A DNA stretch of 64,000 nucleotides from Paraspadella gotoi (lineage: Eukaryota; Animalia; Chaetognatha), in assembly GCA_051294375.1 (NCBI GenBank), contig CM119265.1, forward strand, positions 23,180,776-23,244,775, given 5' to 3'. The notes below the pieces were generated by a model. The model made no database searches. It was not told the origin of the DNA and worked only from the letters and a program-made list of their open reading frames with translations. The translations under genes and the position numbers were made by a program. Below are positions 13,746 to 26,157 of the stretch, one piece after another. Position 1 is the first letter of the stretch. Every line of letters begins with the position of its first letter.

Positions 13746-15410
13746 TCTCTCTCTCTCTCTGTCTCTCTCTCTCTCTCTTCTCGCTCTGCTTTCTGGACGA
13801 CAAAACAAGTTCCTCTGTCTTCACATTTAAAATGTGAAAATGAAGAGATCTGTTCGATCGTTGACACCCAACAGATTCACATCTGGTCATAATCTAGGGT
13901 CAAAATCGACATTGGCGGTGAAAGGGAATCAGCTGACCTAGCGCACATTTAGCGCAAAAAACTTTTTTTTCTGGTGAGTTATTTGACAACAGGCAAGTTT
14001 TTACTGTATTTTTTTAGACGAAGGTAAATCATTAGAATGGGTCCAAAAATAAATTACATATAACGACTTTCATTAGTAGACAAAGTTATCCAATTAAAAA
14101 TCTTTCTTATTTCAAATTCAATTCTCACAATATGTTTTTTGTCTTTTAAAAAGTTTACGTTAGTGATAAAATTAAATTTTCAATCGATGTGTATATTAGC
14201 GTTATAGTTATATTAAACTCATTTACCCAGTTTTAACTAAAAAAAAAAATAATGCGATCTCTATAACTCGTATATATAATATTCTCCTCAATCACGCAAT
14301 CTATTTCCAGTAAATCATAATCAATATTTTAATATTTCACCCATGTCCAATAAAGCGATATCATTCCATCGACCGATCATAAAATCAATCCATCAGTCAA
14401 ACAATCCTGTTTCTTCCAACTTATGCTAAAAAAAAGGAGTCCGAGCCACAGTTCTCGCTGTCAAAAAACCTGCCAAAAATGGCCCGCTGAGTCGATACAA
14501 TCGGAAACAACGACTTTCAACTCATTTTTTTCCTGGATTTTTTTTTTTTAAATCTTTCTATCATTTTGTTTTGGTCGGTTGTATTTGGTTTTTATATGGA
14601 AATGAAAATGGGAATGTTGCTAATCACAGACTATAATTGTAGTTCGTCATTGCATAAGTTTGTGGCTGAAATACCATCAGCTTCATGACCCATTAGGTAC
14701 CGTGATGAGCGGGGTTTTCCGTCTCTTGGCTCACCCTTCTGAGAGTATCTAAACGCATGTAGGATCGAGTCTTTAAGGTCAAATCAAGAGTCTGTTCCAA
14801 CACCGGGGTCAAGTAAGTCCACTTTAGCGCCTTAAGCACATAATTATGTATGTTAATAAAGTTATATAATTAAAAGGTTTACAATAATTTATTATTACAG
14901 CTTTCTACCTCGTTAAGGCTCACTTTTGTTTCTATTTTTATCTTTCTTTTTTTTTCTTTTTTTTTTTACGTCTCAATGGTTTCGTGGATTTATCTCGCAA
15001 TTCCTTTTGCGTTCGTCGTTGAGAAAGCTGGATTGATAGACGTGAGAGGATGAAAGAAAGAGGGGGACAGAGACGGAGAGAGAGAGTGGGAGAGCGATCT
15101 TTAACATCTTACTATATTTGTCAGTCTTCCTCTTAATTTATATCTTACTTTTATTTACTTTTTACCGAAGTGAAATTAATTGAACAAAATCTTAAAAGTA
15201 TAGTATATATATGAAAAGCGTGACGACGACGACGACGACGACGACGACGCACGACGGCGCAAAGAAGCAATACAAAACGATTATTTACGCCTAAGCCCGT
15301 CTGGCAAAATAAACCTTGCAAACTATAATGCGAACAATCAATTGCGGGAAAAAAAGTCACTTCTTTTTTTTTTTTTTGGTCTCGTCCTTTCTTTCGTTCT
15401 TAACTCTCTT

Positions 15411-15521
<111 letters not shown>

Positions 15522-15960
15522 CTTCTCTTCCGCGCCTTTTCTTCCTCCGCGAAAACTGACGCGAAAATTACGAGCGCCATCTTTCTCTCTCTCTCTCTCT
15601 CTCGTTTTCCACTATGCAATTTTTTTATGTATTTTCTTGCGAATTTCTTTTGTCGTCCTCGAGATTCGAATTTTTTCGATTCTGACTAAATTCCGCTTCG
15701 TTATCTATGGAAACAAACACACGAAAATATAGACAAATATAGAAAACATAATACATAAAAGAAACATAACAATAAAAATATTGAGAATCAATATTCATCT
15801 TTTTCAAATTTTTTTTCAAAATTTCTTCGATACAGAATCGAAGTCAGTTTGGATTAGCGCCAGTGAAACAAAAATAACAACAACTACGACAATAATCACC
15901 ACAACAATTAGATAGTTTCAAGAACTTTTAAAATTTATTTTTATACAAAAAGAAAAATTC

Positions 15961-16968
15961 AAACAAGTTTGAGGAAACAATGTCGGATCTGCCCACGATA
16001 ATTTAACTAAATCAGATTTCTGTCTTTCTCTCTTTAAAATTAAATGAAAGTACTATCCCACACACCAAATTTCATTTCAATCTATCCATCTAATTATGAT
16101 TTATTGGTGAGAAAAAGCAAAGTGTTTTGGAAATTGTTAACAACGATTTTTATTTACAGAGACGGACATTCTTCGGCTTGTTGATTTCAAGCCTTCATCA
16201 GCATTTAACTTTCAGTAAAAAATTTGTGCAAAAGAAGAGTGTGAGAGAGAGAAAAGAAGGAGAGAAGAGAGAGAGAGAGAGAGGGTAAAAGTTTTCCAAC
16301 AAAGTGGTGAGATGTGAGGACAGGTTGAGGGTGAAGACAGATTGAGTGAGTTGTGAAAAGAAGTGAAACTTGTTAGAGGAGAGAGAGAGAGAATAAATAA
16401 ATAATAAAGATACGTTTTTGCAATGTACAACAAAGATAAAAGAGTTTGAAAAACTAATATTGGTGAAATTTAACCTTTAACTAGTGAATAAATAAGCAAT
16501 TTGCTAAGAGATTGTTAAGTGAAATTTGAAATGTGAGAGAAAGTAGTTTATAGTTTTAGGTGATAATTAAGAGACTAAGAAAATGAAATCCAAGGAAAAA
16601 GAAAGAGCTCAAAATGAGCTGGCCCCCCTTGTTTTATTTGGTTAAAATTTGTAAAAATATTTAAATAAATGTGACTTATGTTTTTTCCATTTAAACCATT
16701 TCCACTCGCGCGATTCCATCGAAACTTTTTATCTAGCTCATCACACACGTTTCTATCCACACATAAAATTTCGATTTTCCAATCCATCTATCCAATCAAG
16801 AGTAATTGGAGTTTTTTGCTAAGGGGGAATGGACAGTTGGACCGATTGAAAAACGGACGGACGGACTGACATCAGTTTTTTTTTGCATAATTTATCATAA
16901 TTCATGTTCTTACATGATCTAAGTGAATTATAAGTCGGGATCTGATGATAAGCAGATCCGACTAAAAA
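15961..16968 (-). mobile_element. Non-autonomous Helentron-associated element (HINE/DINE-1-like), ~1 kb
   Basis: On the minus strand it starts TTTTT-AGTCGGATCTG-cttatcat-CAGATCCCGACT (5' hairpin), followed by a (GTCC)n microsatellite (16853-16870) and internal (CT)n. It ends with the subterminal inverted repeat GCAGATCCGAC (15982-15992) and ...CAAACTTGTTT. This matches established HINE architecture. Confidence 0.75.
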
Positions 16969-17012
16969 CCTTCATTGTATTCCGTACCTTTGCACTCACT
17001 AATTTTTCTTTT

Positions 17013-17081
<69 letters not shown>

Positions 17082-17365
17082 TCTATCTCTCTCTCTCTCT
17101 CTCTTCTCTCGTCTCTTCCAGAAATTCGATTACTCTCATCGTCGTTTGAGGCTTCATTATCCTTTCTCTCATCGACGAGGCCAAAAACTCACTCGTTAGC
17201 GGACCACTGCCGCTGCCCACACTGGCCGCCGCCGCAGCGCCGCAGCGCCGCCGCCCCTGTCGCCGACTATAAGCGCCCGTCGTTTGGTCGGCACCCGCGC
17301 CCGGCCGCCGTTCGGCGCGCCCACCTCGTCCAGTCAATCGTCGCCCGTAACGAGCGCGGGGCGTC

Positions 17366-20300
17366 ATGAAGCCTCGACAGCGACATCGATCCTCGTGTCG
17401 TCCCGACGTTATCGCCGCCGATGACGTCGCCGACTTCAGCGACGACGCCGAATCCGCGTCGCTCGATTTCGACGCCGGCGACACTTTTGACGCCGGAGAT
17501 CAGAGAGGGGCGCCGGTGGGGCGGCGCCTGAGCGGGGATAGAGCCGGAAGACCGTCGGGGAAGGTAAAGCGCGTGGCGTCGAGTTGTGGACGTGATTGGA
17601 TGTGTGTGTGTGTGTGTGTGTGTGTGAGGTTGACGGCATGGCGGCATGGAGGCATGGCGGCATGGCTGTAGAAGTGGGTGAGGGAAGAAAAGACATCGAT
17701 AAGATTATTTATGTTAGAGAGAGAGAGAGAGAGAGAGACAGAGACGAGGATCATTACTTGCTATGTCATTATCTTGTAAGAGTAATGGAGGCCTTAAACC
17801 ACCAAAGCCTGTCCAAAGTCAGGGGCAAGATAGCTTATTTATTAAATGAATGGATAATTTTTATATTGGTAGTATTAATTTGACCATAGAGTAAAATTTT
17901 GACTTAAGATTTTGATTTAGATTCAGACTAAGATTCAAACTGAGATTCAGATTTTATATTCAGACGAATGTTGAGATGAAGAAGATTACCTCAGGAGCAT
18001 GTGACAAACAAAAATTTTTGTTTTTAACTTGATCAAAAACTTATTAAGAGAAAATTCCGTCGACGAACTAATTTTGAATCTCATTACAAGTCTGGAAGGC
18101 GGATGGCAGACGACACTCTGCCAAAATGTCACTCTGAGCTTCCATCCTTAATTGGATGATATTGAATCTGTTTACGACTCCAAGCTTGCTATTCCAGATT
18201 TTTTTTTTGCCCTTTTTTTTTCAAAAGAGATTGACTTTTTAGAAATAAATGGAACTTTTTTTTTTACTACTTTAGTGCATTTTCTTTAAATTTCCTGTAC
18301 TTGATCGCGGTTCAAACCGCCAGTTTAAAATATAAAGTCTCTACCTTTATTCAGAAATCGTACTACGCTCATTTTCCTTCTTTATTTCGTCTTCGCATTT
18401 TGCGTTTTTACGTTATCTTCGCGATTCGTTCACCATGCCATTTAATTAAGTAGACAGGGATTTCAATATGAAACCATGTCCCTTGTCCCCAGGCCAAAGA
18501 CCGAGAGGACAAACTCTGTGGAGTCTGCGGCGACAAAGCGCTGGGCTTCAATTTCGACGCCGTTTCTTGCGAATCGTGCAAAGCCTTCTTTCGCCGCAAC
18601 GCCCTCAAGAAAAAAGGCGAGTACAGGGTCAAACCTGTCGACTGAGCACTTTTTTAATAGCTAATTTCATTCGGTTCGATTCGTCAATTTGAATTTGATA
18701 AATAAAGAAATAAGCATTTAAAGTTTAATAAAACCACAAATAAATTTTCTTCCTGATCTTCATTAATTGATAAATATAATCGGCTATTTTTCTTTGAACA
18801 CCTACCTGGTTTTAATGTTTTAAAGTTTTTTTTAATGTTTTTAATGCGTTAATTATAAGCTTATAACCTCTGTATATTTTTTTACAGACAGCAAATGCTT
18901 GTTTTCGGGAAGTTGCAAAATCGACGTCAACACTCGGAGATTCTGTCAGTTCTGCAGGTCGAATCATTTTCCTTGAACAATAGATATTTTCTTGTTAAAA
19001 CTCGAACTATTATATTCCATAATTAACGTGATCAATACATCCGTGGATAACGAGCAAAGGGGGCTGGAGTCTAATGTGGTAAAGCCGCCTCCTTCGCAAG
19101 TGATTAAACCATGGCTTGAGGGCTTTCCACGCCAATGTGGACGTTTTCACGCTTCCCGTTGGGAGGGGAACTTTATTGTAATCGAATCCGGGAGTTCATA
19201 ATTGTGAGCTGAGGACTTTACTCAATGAGTCACCGGGTCACCACTGAAAGTTGTAGGTCTATTGCGTGGCATAATTTGTAATTCTGCTCGCAATACATCT
19301 CACATCATATCAGTAATTAAATATATAATGTTGTGGCGGTATATTCACACTCGTTCAGTCATTCCCATTGGCTCAGAGGGGGAACGCACCGTCCCGAGCG
19401 ATGCGTTAAATCCACAGTCTTATCGACTTCCCTCTACGTTGGCAAAGACGAGACCGTCCTAAGGTAACCGCGACAGTGACAGGAACCGTCGCTGATGCTC
19501 GATAGCCCCAAAAGTCAACACTGAGATGCCCCATCCCAATGGGCATCACAGGCAAACCCGGGTGTTGCTATAATGTTAAATATCTATTCTTACTACGTAT
19601 ATAATAATAACAAAAAGGCGCCCGGTTCCGCAGGTTGAAAAAGTGTTTCACGATTGGGATGAAGAAGGAATGGATTTTGAGCGAAGAGGAAAAGATCAAG
19701 AGAAGGGAAAAGATTCTCAGCAACAAATTCAAACGCGGACAAATCGCAGGCGAGTCATTTTGCAATAGGAGGAAAACCGGGGGGGGGGGAGGAAAGGTTA
19801 ATATTTCTTTTTTGAGAGGTTACGGATGGGAGCTAATTTCCTTGTTGGAAATTCTTTAAGTATTCTCTGAAAGTCTAAAAAGCGCGTGCTTTGGTAGGAA
19901 ATAATTTTTTTGTTCATGTCTGTCCGTCTGTCCGTCCGTCATTGACATTTATGTCTGTCTAACTGGTTTTCTCCTAGTCAGTCCGTCTCTCTTTTCCATT
20001 CTCCATTCTCCGCTTCTTAATCAGACTGACTCTGTCTGCAAAGCTAAGTCGTGGTGGCATGGTCCTCTTTATTGCGTTTATCCGGAGAATTTCACCGAGT
20101 CGCGTTTTCGACAATTTCTTTTCCCCGTTTTGTGACGTCAATTTTTGGGCTTTCTTTTTCTAAAAGGGCTCGTTTCTGTTCGTTAATACCTGAGCTTAAT
20201 TTTACTCTGAATATTTAGAGAAAATTTTTGAATTGTTTATCAACGAATTATATTAGGACAGTGTATAAATAATTCAAAAATTGCTTTTCTTTAAATTCTA

Positions 20301-23300
20301 AACGCAACGAAAAAGAAAGTTAATACGCAATACCCTAAATATTTAAACCTAATTTGTTACCAAACCTGAAACCCGATTCTTAATCCATAACATTAACTTA
20401 ATCCTTACCCATAACCCTAAACGTTAATCCGTAATCTATTACCAAAACCCTTACCCTTAAACCAAATTTATTAACCTTAGCCATTAACCCGAATTACTAA
20501 ACTAATCTCTTGTGGATCCATTCCTACTCTAAAACTTGTTGCGTCCACGCTCTAACCATAATCGTTAACCTGATCCTTAATATATTCCTTAACTTAATCT
20601 TTAAATCAAAAAATAAATTTAATTCCGAATTTTAGATAAAATGGGACGTTCCGGGAAAACAAGGCCAATTTTTTATTCCTTCGTTTCTCGAATTGTTTCT
20701 CCTCAAATTCCGAATTTAAATTTTAAGCTAAAACTCGTTTTTTTTTCTCTCTATTGTTTTTCTTAATCTTTTTTTTGTGAGATTTTATTTCTGTTATTGA
20801 ATTGAGGGTCTCGATCGAAAAACCGGTTTTTTTTTCTCCTATGGAACCTTTTATTCCGATTAAAAAAAATTGTTGTGACGATGTGGACCGCAAGGGACGA
20901 TGACGACGACGACGACGATGACGAAGACGATGACGCCGATGACTGCCGTCTTGTCCGGATAATAATCTTTAGGTCCTTCTGCTTTTGTGAAAGAATAAAG
21001 GGAGTTAATCGTAGTAATCTTTATTTCCTACTTTTCTTTTCAAAAATGAAAAAATGCAAAAATATAAAAATGCAAATTTGATTCCTTTTTTTTAAACAAT
21101 ATTGCGAGCGCAGTCGGTATAATTTTTTGACATTTTTTTTTAATGGAGGTAGTAGTTCAGTTTTACTAAAATTTTCGTTGTATAAAATTCGAATTTATAT
21201 AATATATTTATAATTATTTCAATTATCATTTTAATTTATATTTCTCCTACCAGGCGAATTCGACCGGCGGAACAGCGGAGGTTTGAGTCCCGACGAAGAG
21301 GCGGGGATGACCTCGCCCAGAAGTTACCAGCTGACGTCAAGCGGAAGTCACCTGACGCGTCGCGAGCGGTCGCGTGACGCGCCCGGAAGTCACGTGACGT
21401 CGCCCGGCGGTCGGGCGAAGACGAGAGAGTCGGAGAGAAGCCTGGCGAATGACGTTAAGCCTTTTGCCGGAGATGAGATGGAAAGGTGAATTTGAGAATA
21501 GAGGGCGTGGTGATTGAGGAGTGGGGGGGTGAGAGAGGGGGGGAGGAAGTCGGGATGTGGGGGATGCAAAACTGGTGATCATCTCGGGTACGGTTAAATC
21601 GCGCTCGAAAGATCGAATTCGCGCGACGACGCGGTTCGTTTGCACCGAGAATACAAAAGAATAAAATATGTTGGAGGAGTTAAATCCATATTTTTTTCGT
21701 AGATGAAGCGGAAGAGGCAATATGGAATATGAGAAGGCTCTCCGGAGTTGATTGATTGATTGGATTATTGAGATATAAGGAAGAAAGAAGTTATTAGGAA
21801 GAAAAAAATAATGGAGTCAATCACGATATGTTATCGAAAGAAATGGTCACGGGAGACGTTCAGCAGCAAATTAAATGCGAAAAACTATTTATGTTGAAAA
21901 ATACTTTAAAAACAATTTATTGAGCGTCTGCACTTGAGTCTGGTTGAAGAGACGTTGAAATATTTTAAGGATCAGGAGAGAGAGAGAGAGAAGGGAATGA
22001 TATATCTAAGAATATTATAACATAAAAATAAGCTTAACCAGCTTTAATATTATCAAGGTAATCAAAATTGAAATAATAAAATTTTTAAAAATATATTTAA
22101 AACTATATTGATACAACCAATTATTGTTTATATAAATATCATAAAAAGCTTGAGAAGGATTATTCTAAATCTCTCTTTGGCAATTTTTAATAATTAATTA
22201 ATTAATTAATTAATTAATTAATTAATTTTTAATTGTTAATCTAAGTTTTGAATACCTTCGTTGATTTATAGCTGAATAGGCTAATTTTTATATTACAGTA
22301 TTTTTAATTATACCACTCTTCATATTTTTGAGAGCTTTCAGAAGATATTAATATTGATACTTTATGGTGGACTAAAACCCACCAACCGTTCATCAGTGGC
22401 CATTGGTGCCGGAGGCAAGTCATTCGCCTCCCAACCCAAAGATCCGGGGTTCTAGCCCGGTGGTCGTCTGGCAGTTAAGAGGGACGGGGCGCTTAACCCG
22501 CCTGTAACATGGTGTTACAGCCTGATCCGAAGCTCAGGACTGCTTATATTGACGGTTCTATCACTAACTCATAACAATATTACTGTCTCTTCATTGGTGA
22601 GCCCGACTTCCGAACACAACAGCAACAACAACACTTTCAGGCGACATGCCTCAACCTGGCGATGCACTTTCCGCCCTCAACACATCAGGCGACATGCCTC
22701 AACTTGGTGACGCACTTTCCACCAACAAACAACAATTCACTGAAGAGACGCAACAGACATCTTCCTACGGGAGGGGGGATGTATGGTGGACTAAAACCCA
22801 CCACCGTTATCAGCGGCCATTGTGCCGGAGGCAAGTCATTCGCCTCCCAACCCAAAGATCCGGGTTCTAGCCCGGTGGTCGTCTGGCAGTTAAGAGGGAC
22901 GGGGCGCTTAACCCGCCTGTAACATGGTGTTACAGCCTGATCCGAAGCTCAGGGACTGCTTATATTGAACGGTTCTATCACTAACTCATAACAATAATTA
23001 CTGTCTCTTCACCTTTTTATATAATTTTTTCAGAAAGTTATATAAAAAATATTAAAGAAAAAAAAATTTAGTTTTAAAATGAAAGACGATTTTTAAGGCA
23101 ACTTTTCTCGGCTCATTGCCCTGTCAAATCATAACCAATCAATCAATATAAAATTAGAATAAATGACTTTGGATCTTTCAGATTAAAAAAATTTAAAAGT
23201 TTGCAAATGATGATTTTTTTTATTAGCGACGGGTTGCGGTGTGTCACCTTGTAAAAGAAAGAAAAGGCATCGGTCTCCGCTATCGGACATTTCGAAAAGC

Positions 23301-23634
23301 GGGTTCCATAGTCGCGACTTCATAGCGACAAAAAAAAAACCGTGACGGCGCGGCTGAGTTTGTAAACAAAAATTAATTAATTTTAATATTCGATATTTTA
23401 AAATTTTTGACTTCGCTTTCGATTTGCCGAACGAGTATAAAACATTTCGATACATGGTATAAAAAAAATAGAAGGCAATCAATCATGGAATAAAAATGAC
23501 AAAAATAACTCCAAGATTAAAAAAAATAAGAAGCCTCGGATTCTTTCACCTTTTTCACCTTTCGAGTGCGATCTCATTTTGAATGTCTCCATCTCTTCTC
23601 CACCCTTCTCTCTCTCTCTCTCTCTCTCTCTCCT

Positions 23635-23720
<86 letters not shown>

Positions 23721-26116
23721 TTCTCNNNNNNNNNNNNNNNNNNNNNNNNNGAGAGAGAGAGAGAGAGAGAGAGAAGGGTGGAGAAGAGATGGAGACATTC
23801 AAAAATGAGATCGCACTCGAAAAGGTGAAAAAGGTGAAAGAATCCGAGGCTTCTTATTTTTTTTTAATCTTGGAGTTATTTTTTGTCATTTTTATTCCAT
23901 GATTGATTGCCTTCTATTTTTTTTATACCATGTATCGAAATGTTTTATAACTCGTTCGGCAAATCGAAAGCGAAGTCAAAAATTTTAAAATATCGGAATA
24001 TTAAAATTAATTAATTTTTGTTTACAAACTCAGCCGCGGCCGTCACGGTTTTTTTTTTTGTCGCTATGAAGTCGCGACTATGGAACCCGCTTTTCGAAAT
24101 GTCCGATAGCGGAGACCGATGCCCTTTTCTTTCTTTTACAAGGTGACACACCGCAACCCGTCGCTAATAAAAAAAATCATCATTTGCAAACTTTTAAATT
24201 TTTTTAATCTGAAAGATCCAAAGTCATTTATTCTAATTTTATATTGATTGATTGGTTATGATTTGACAGGGCAATGAGCCGAGAAAAGTTGCCTTAAAAA
24301 TCGTCTTTCATTTTAAAACTAAATTTTTTTTTCTTTAATATTTTTATATAACTTTCTGAAAAAATTATATAAAAAGGTGAAGAGACAGTAATTATTGTTA
24401 TGAGTTAGTGATAGAACCGTTCAATATAAGCAGTCCCTGAGCTTCGGATCAGGCTGTAACACCATGTACAGGCGGGTTAAGCGCCCCGTCCCTCTTAACT
24501 GCCAGACGACCACCGGGCTAGAACCCGGATCTTTGGGTTGGGAGGCGAATGACTTGCCTCCGGCACCAATGGCGCTGATGAACGGTTGGTGGGTTTTAGT
24601 CCACCATACATCCCCCCTCCCGTAGGAAGATGTCTGTTGCGTCTCTTCAGTGAATTGTTGTTTGTTGGTGGAAAGTGCGTCACCAAGTTGAGGCATGTCG
24701 CCTGATGTGTTGAGGGCGGAAAGTGCATCGCCAGGTTGAGGCATGTCGCCTGAAAGTGTTGTTGTTGCTGTTGTGTTCGGAAGTCGGGCTCACCAATGAA
24801 GAGACAGTAATTATTGTTATGAGTTAGTGATAGAACCGTTCAATATAAGCAGTCCCTGAGCTTCGGATCAGGCTGTAACACCATGTTACAGGCGGGTTAA
24901 GCGCCCCGTCCCTCTTAACTGCCAGACGACCACCGGGCTAGAACCCCGGATCTTTGGGTTGGGAGGCGAATGACTTGCCTCCGCACCATGGCCACTGATG
25001 AACGGTTGGTGGGTTTTAGTCCACCATAAAGGTATCAATATTAATATCTTCTGAAAGCTCTCAAAAATATGAAGAGTGGTATAATTAAAAATACTGTAAT
25101 ATAAAAATTAGCCTATTCAGCTATAAATCAACGAAGGTATTCAAAACTTAGATTAACAATTAAAAATTAATTAATTAATTAATTAATTAATTAATTAATT
25201 AATTAAAAATTGCCAAAGAGCAGATTTAGAATAATCCTTCTCAAGCTTTTTTATGATATTTATATAAACAATAATTGGTTGTATCAATATAGTTTTAAAT
25301 ATATATTTTAAAATTTTATTATTTCAATTTTGATTACCTTGATAATATTAAAGCTGGTTAAGCTTATTTTTATGTTATAATATTCTTAGATATATCATTC
25401 CCTTCAAATTTCCAAGAGCTTTCAGAAGATACTAATAATAATATTTTTTTATATAAAAGTTGTTAAAAAATATATTCAGAAAGTTAGATAAAAATTTAGA
25501 TTTGAGTTTTAAAATAAATGACAATTTTTAAGGCAACTTTTCTCCTCTCATTGCCAACTCAAATCATAACCAATCAATATAAAATTAGAATATATATGAC
25601 TTTGCAAATGACGGTTTTTTTCTCGCGGCGGGTTGCGGTGTGTCACCTTTTATTTTCTCCTTTTTTCGTGTTTTTTTTTAAATTTTGTTTACCGATAACA
25701 TTTCACGACAAAGGTGTTCAACCTTTCCCTTTATCGGGATTTAATCCACGCTCGTCGATTGGAATAAAAAGAAAGACAAAAAAACAAAAAACAACGCAAA
25801 TATTAAAAACAAAATGTTTCTGAGATTCGATAATTAACATTCTCGGATTTTTTAAGTCATCTCTGTAGAAAGAGATTCTGCTTTGTTTGAAAAACAACAA
25901 CAACAACAACAACGCAAGATAAAACGGAAAGGAAACCTTAAAAAAAAATTGCTATTTCGAATTTTGGATGCTACCTGTTCTTTTTGTTGTTGTTATTGTT
26001 GTTTGTCTTCATATACATTTCTTCTTGTCTTCACCCATTTTTTTTTTTTCCGACCATTCTTCTTTTGCCGCGGGGGATTATTTTTCGATTTTCTCTCTCT
26101 CTCTCTCTCTCTCTCT

Positions 26117-26157
<41 letters not shown>

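Larger units (their letters stand above)
21990..25405. repeat. ~1.7-kb-arm inverted duplication centred on the N gap 23726-23750
   Basis: 21990-23725 is the reverse complement of 23751-25405 (gaagggaatgatatatctaagaata vs tattcttagatatatcattcccttc). The arms differ mainly by 1-nt indels. Confidence 0.9.

Noticed and set aside
13556-13950. Possible small minus-strand gene around the (CT)n tract (also at 2.1-2.5 and 5.5-6.0 kb)
   Set aside because: Moderately GC-rich, but no recognisable protein and frames disagree between noisy copies.
19205-19260. Hammerhead ribozyme (CTGAGGA ... GAAA)
   Set aside because: Stem II does not close, and the homologous copies read CTGATGG without GAAA.
20330-20600. 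Interstitial telomere
   Set aside because: Too degenerate; no run of perfect TTAGGG/TTAGG units.
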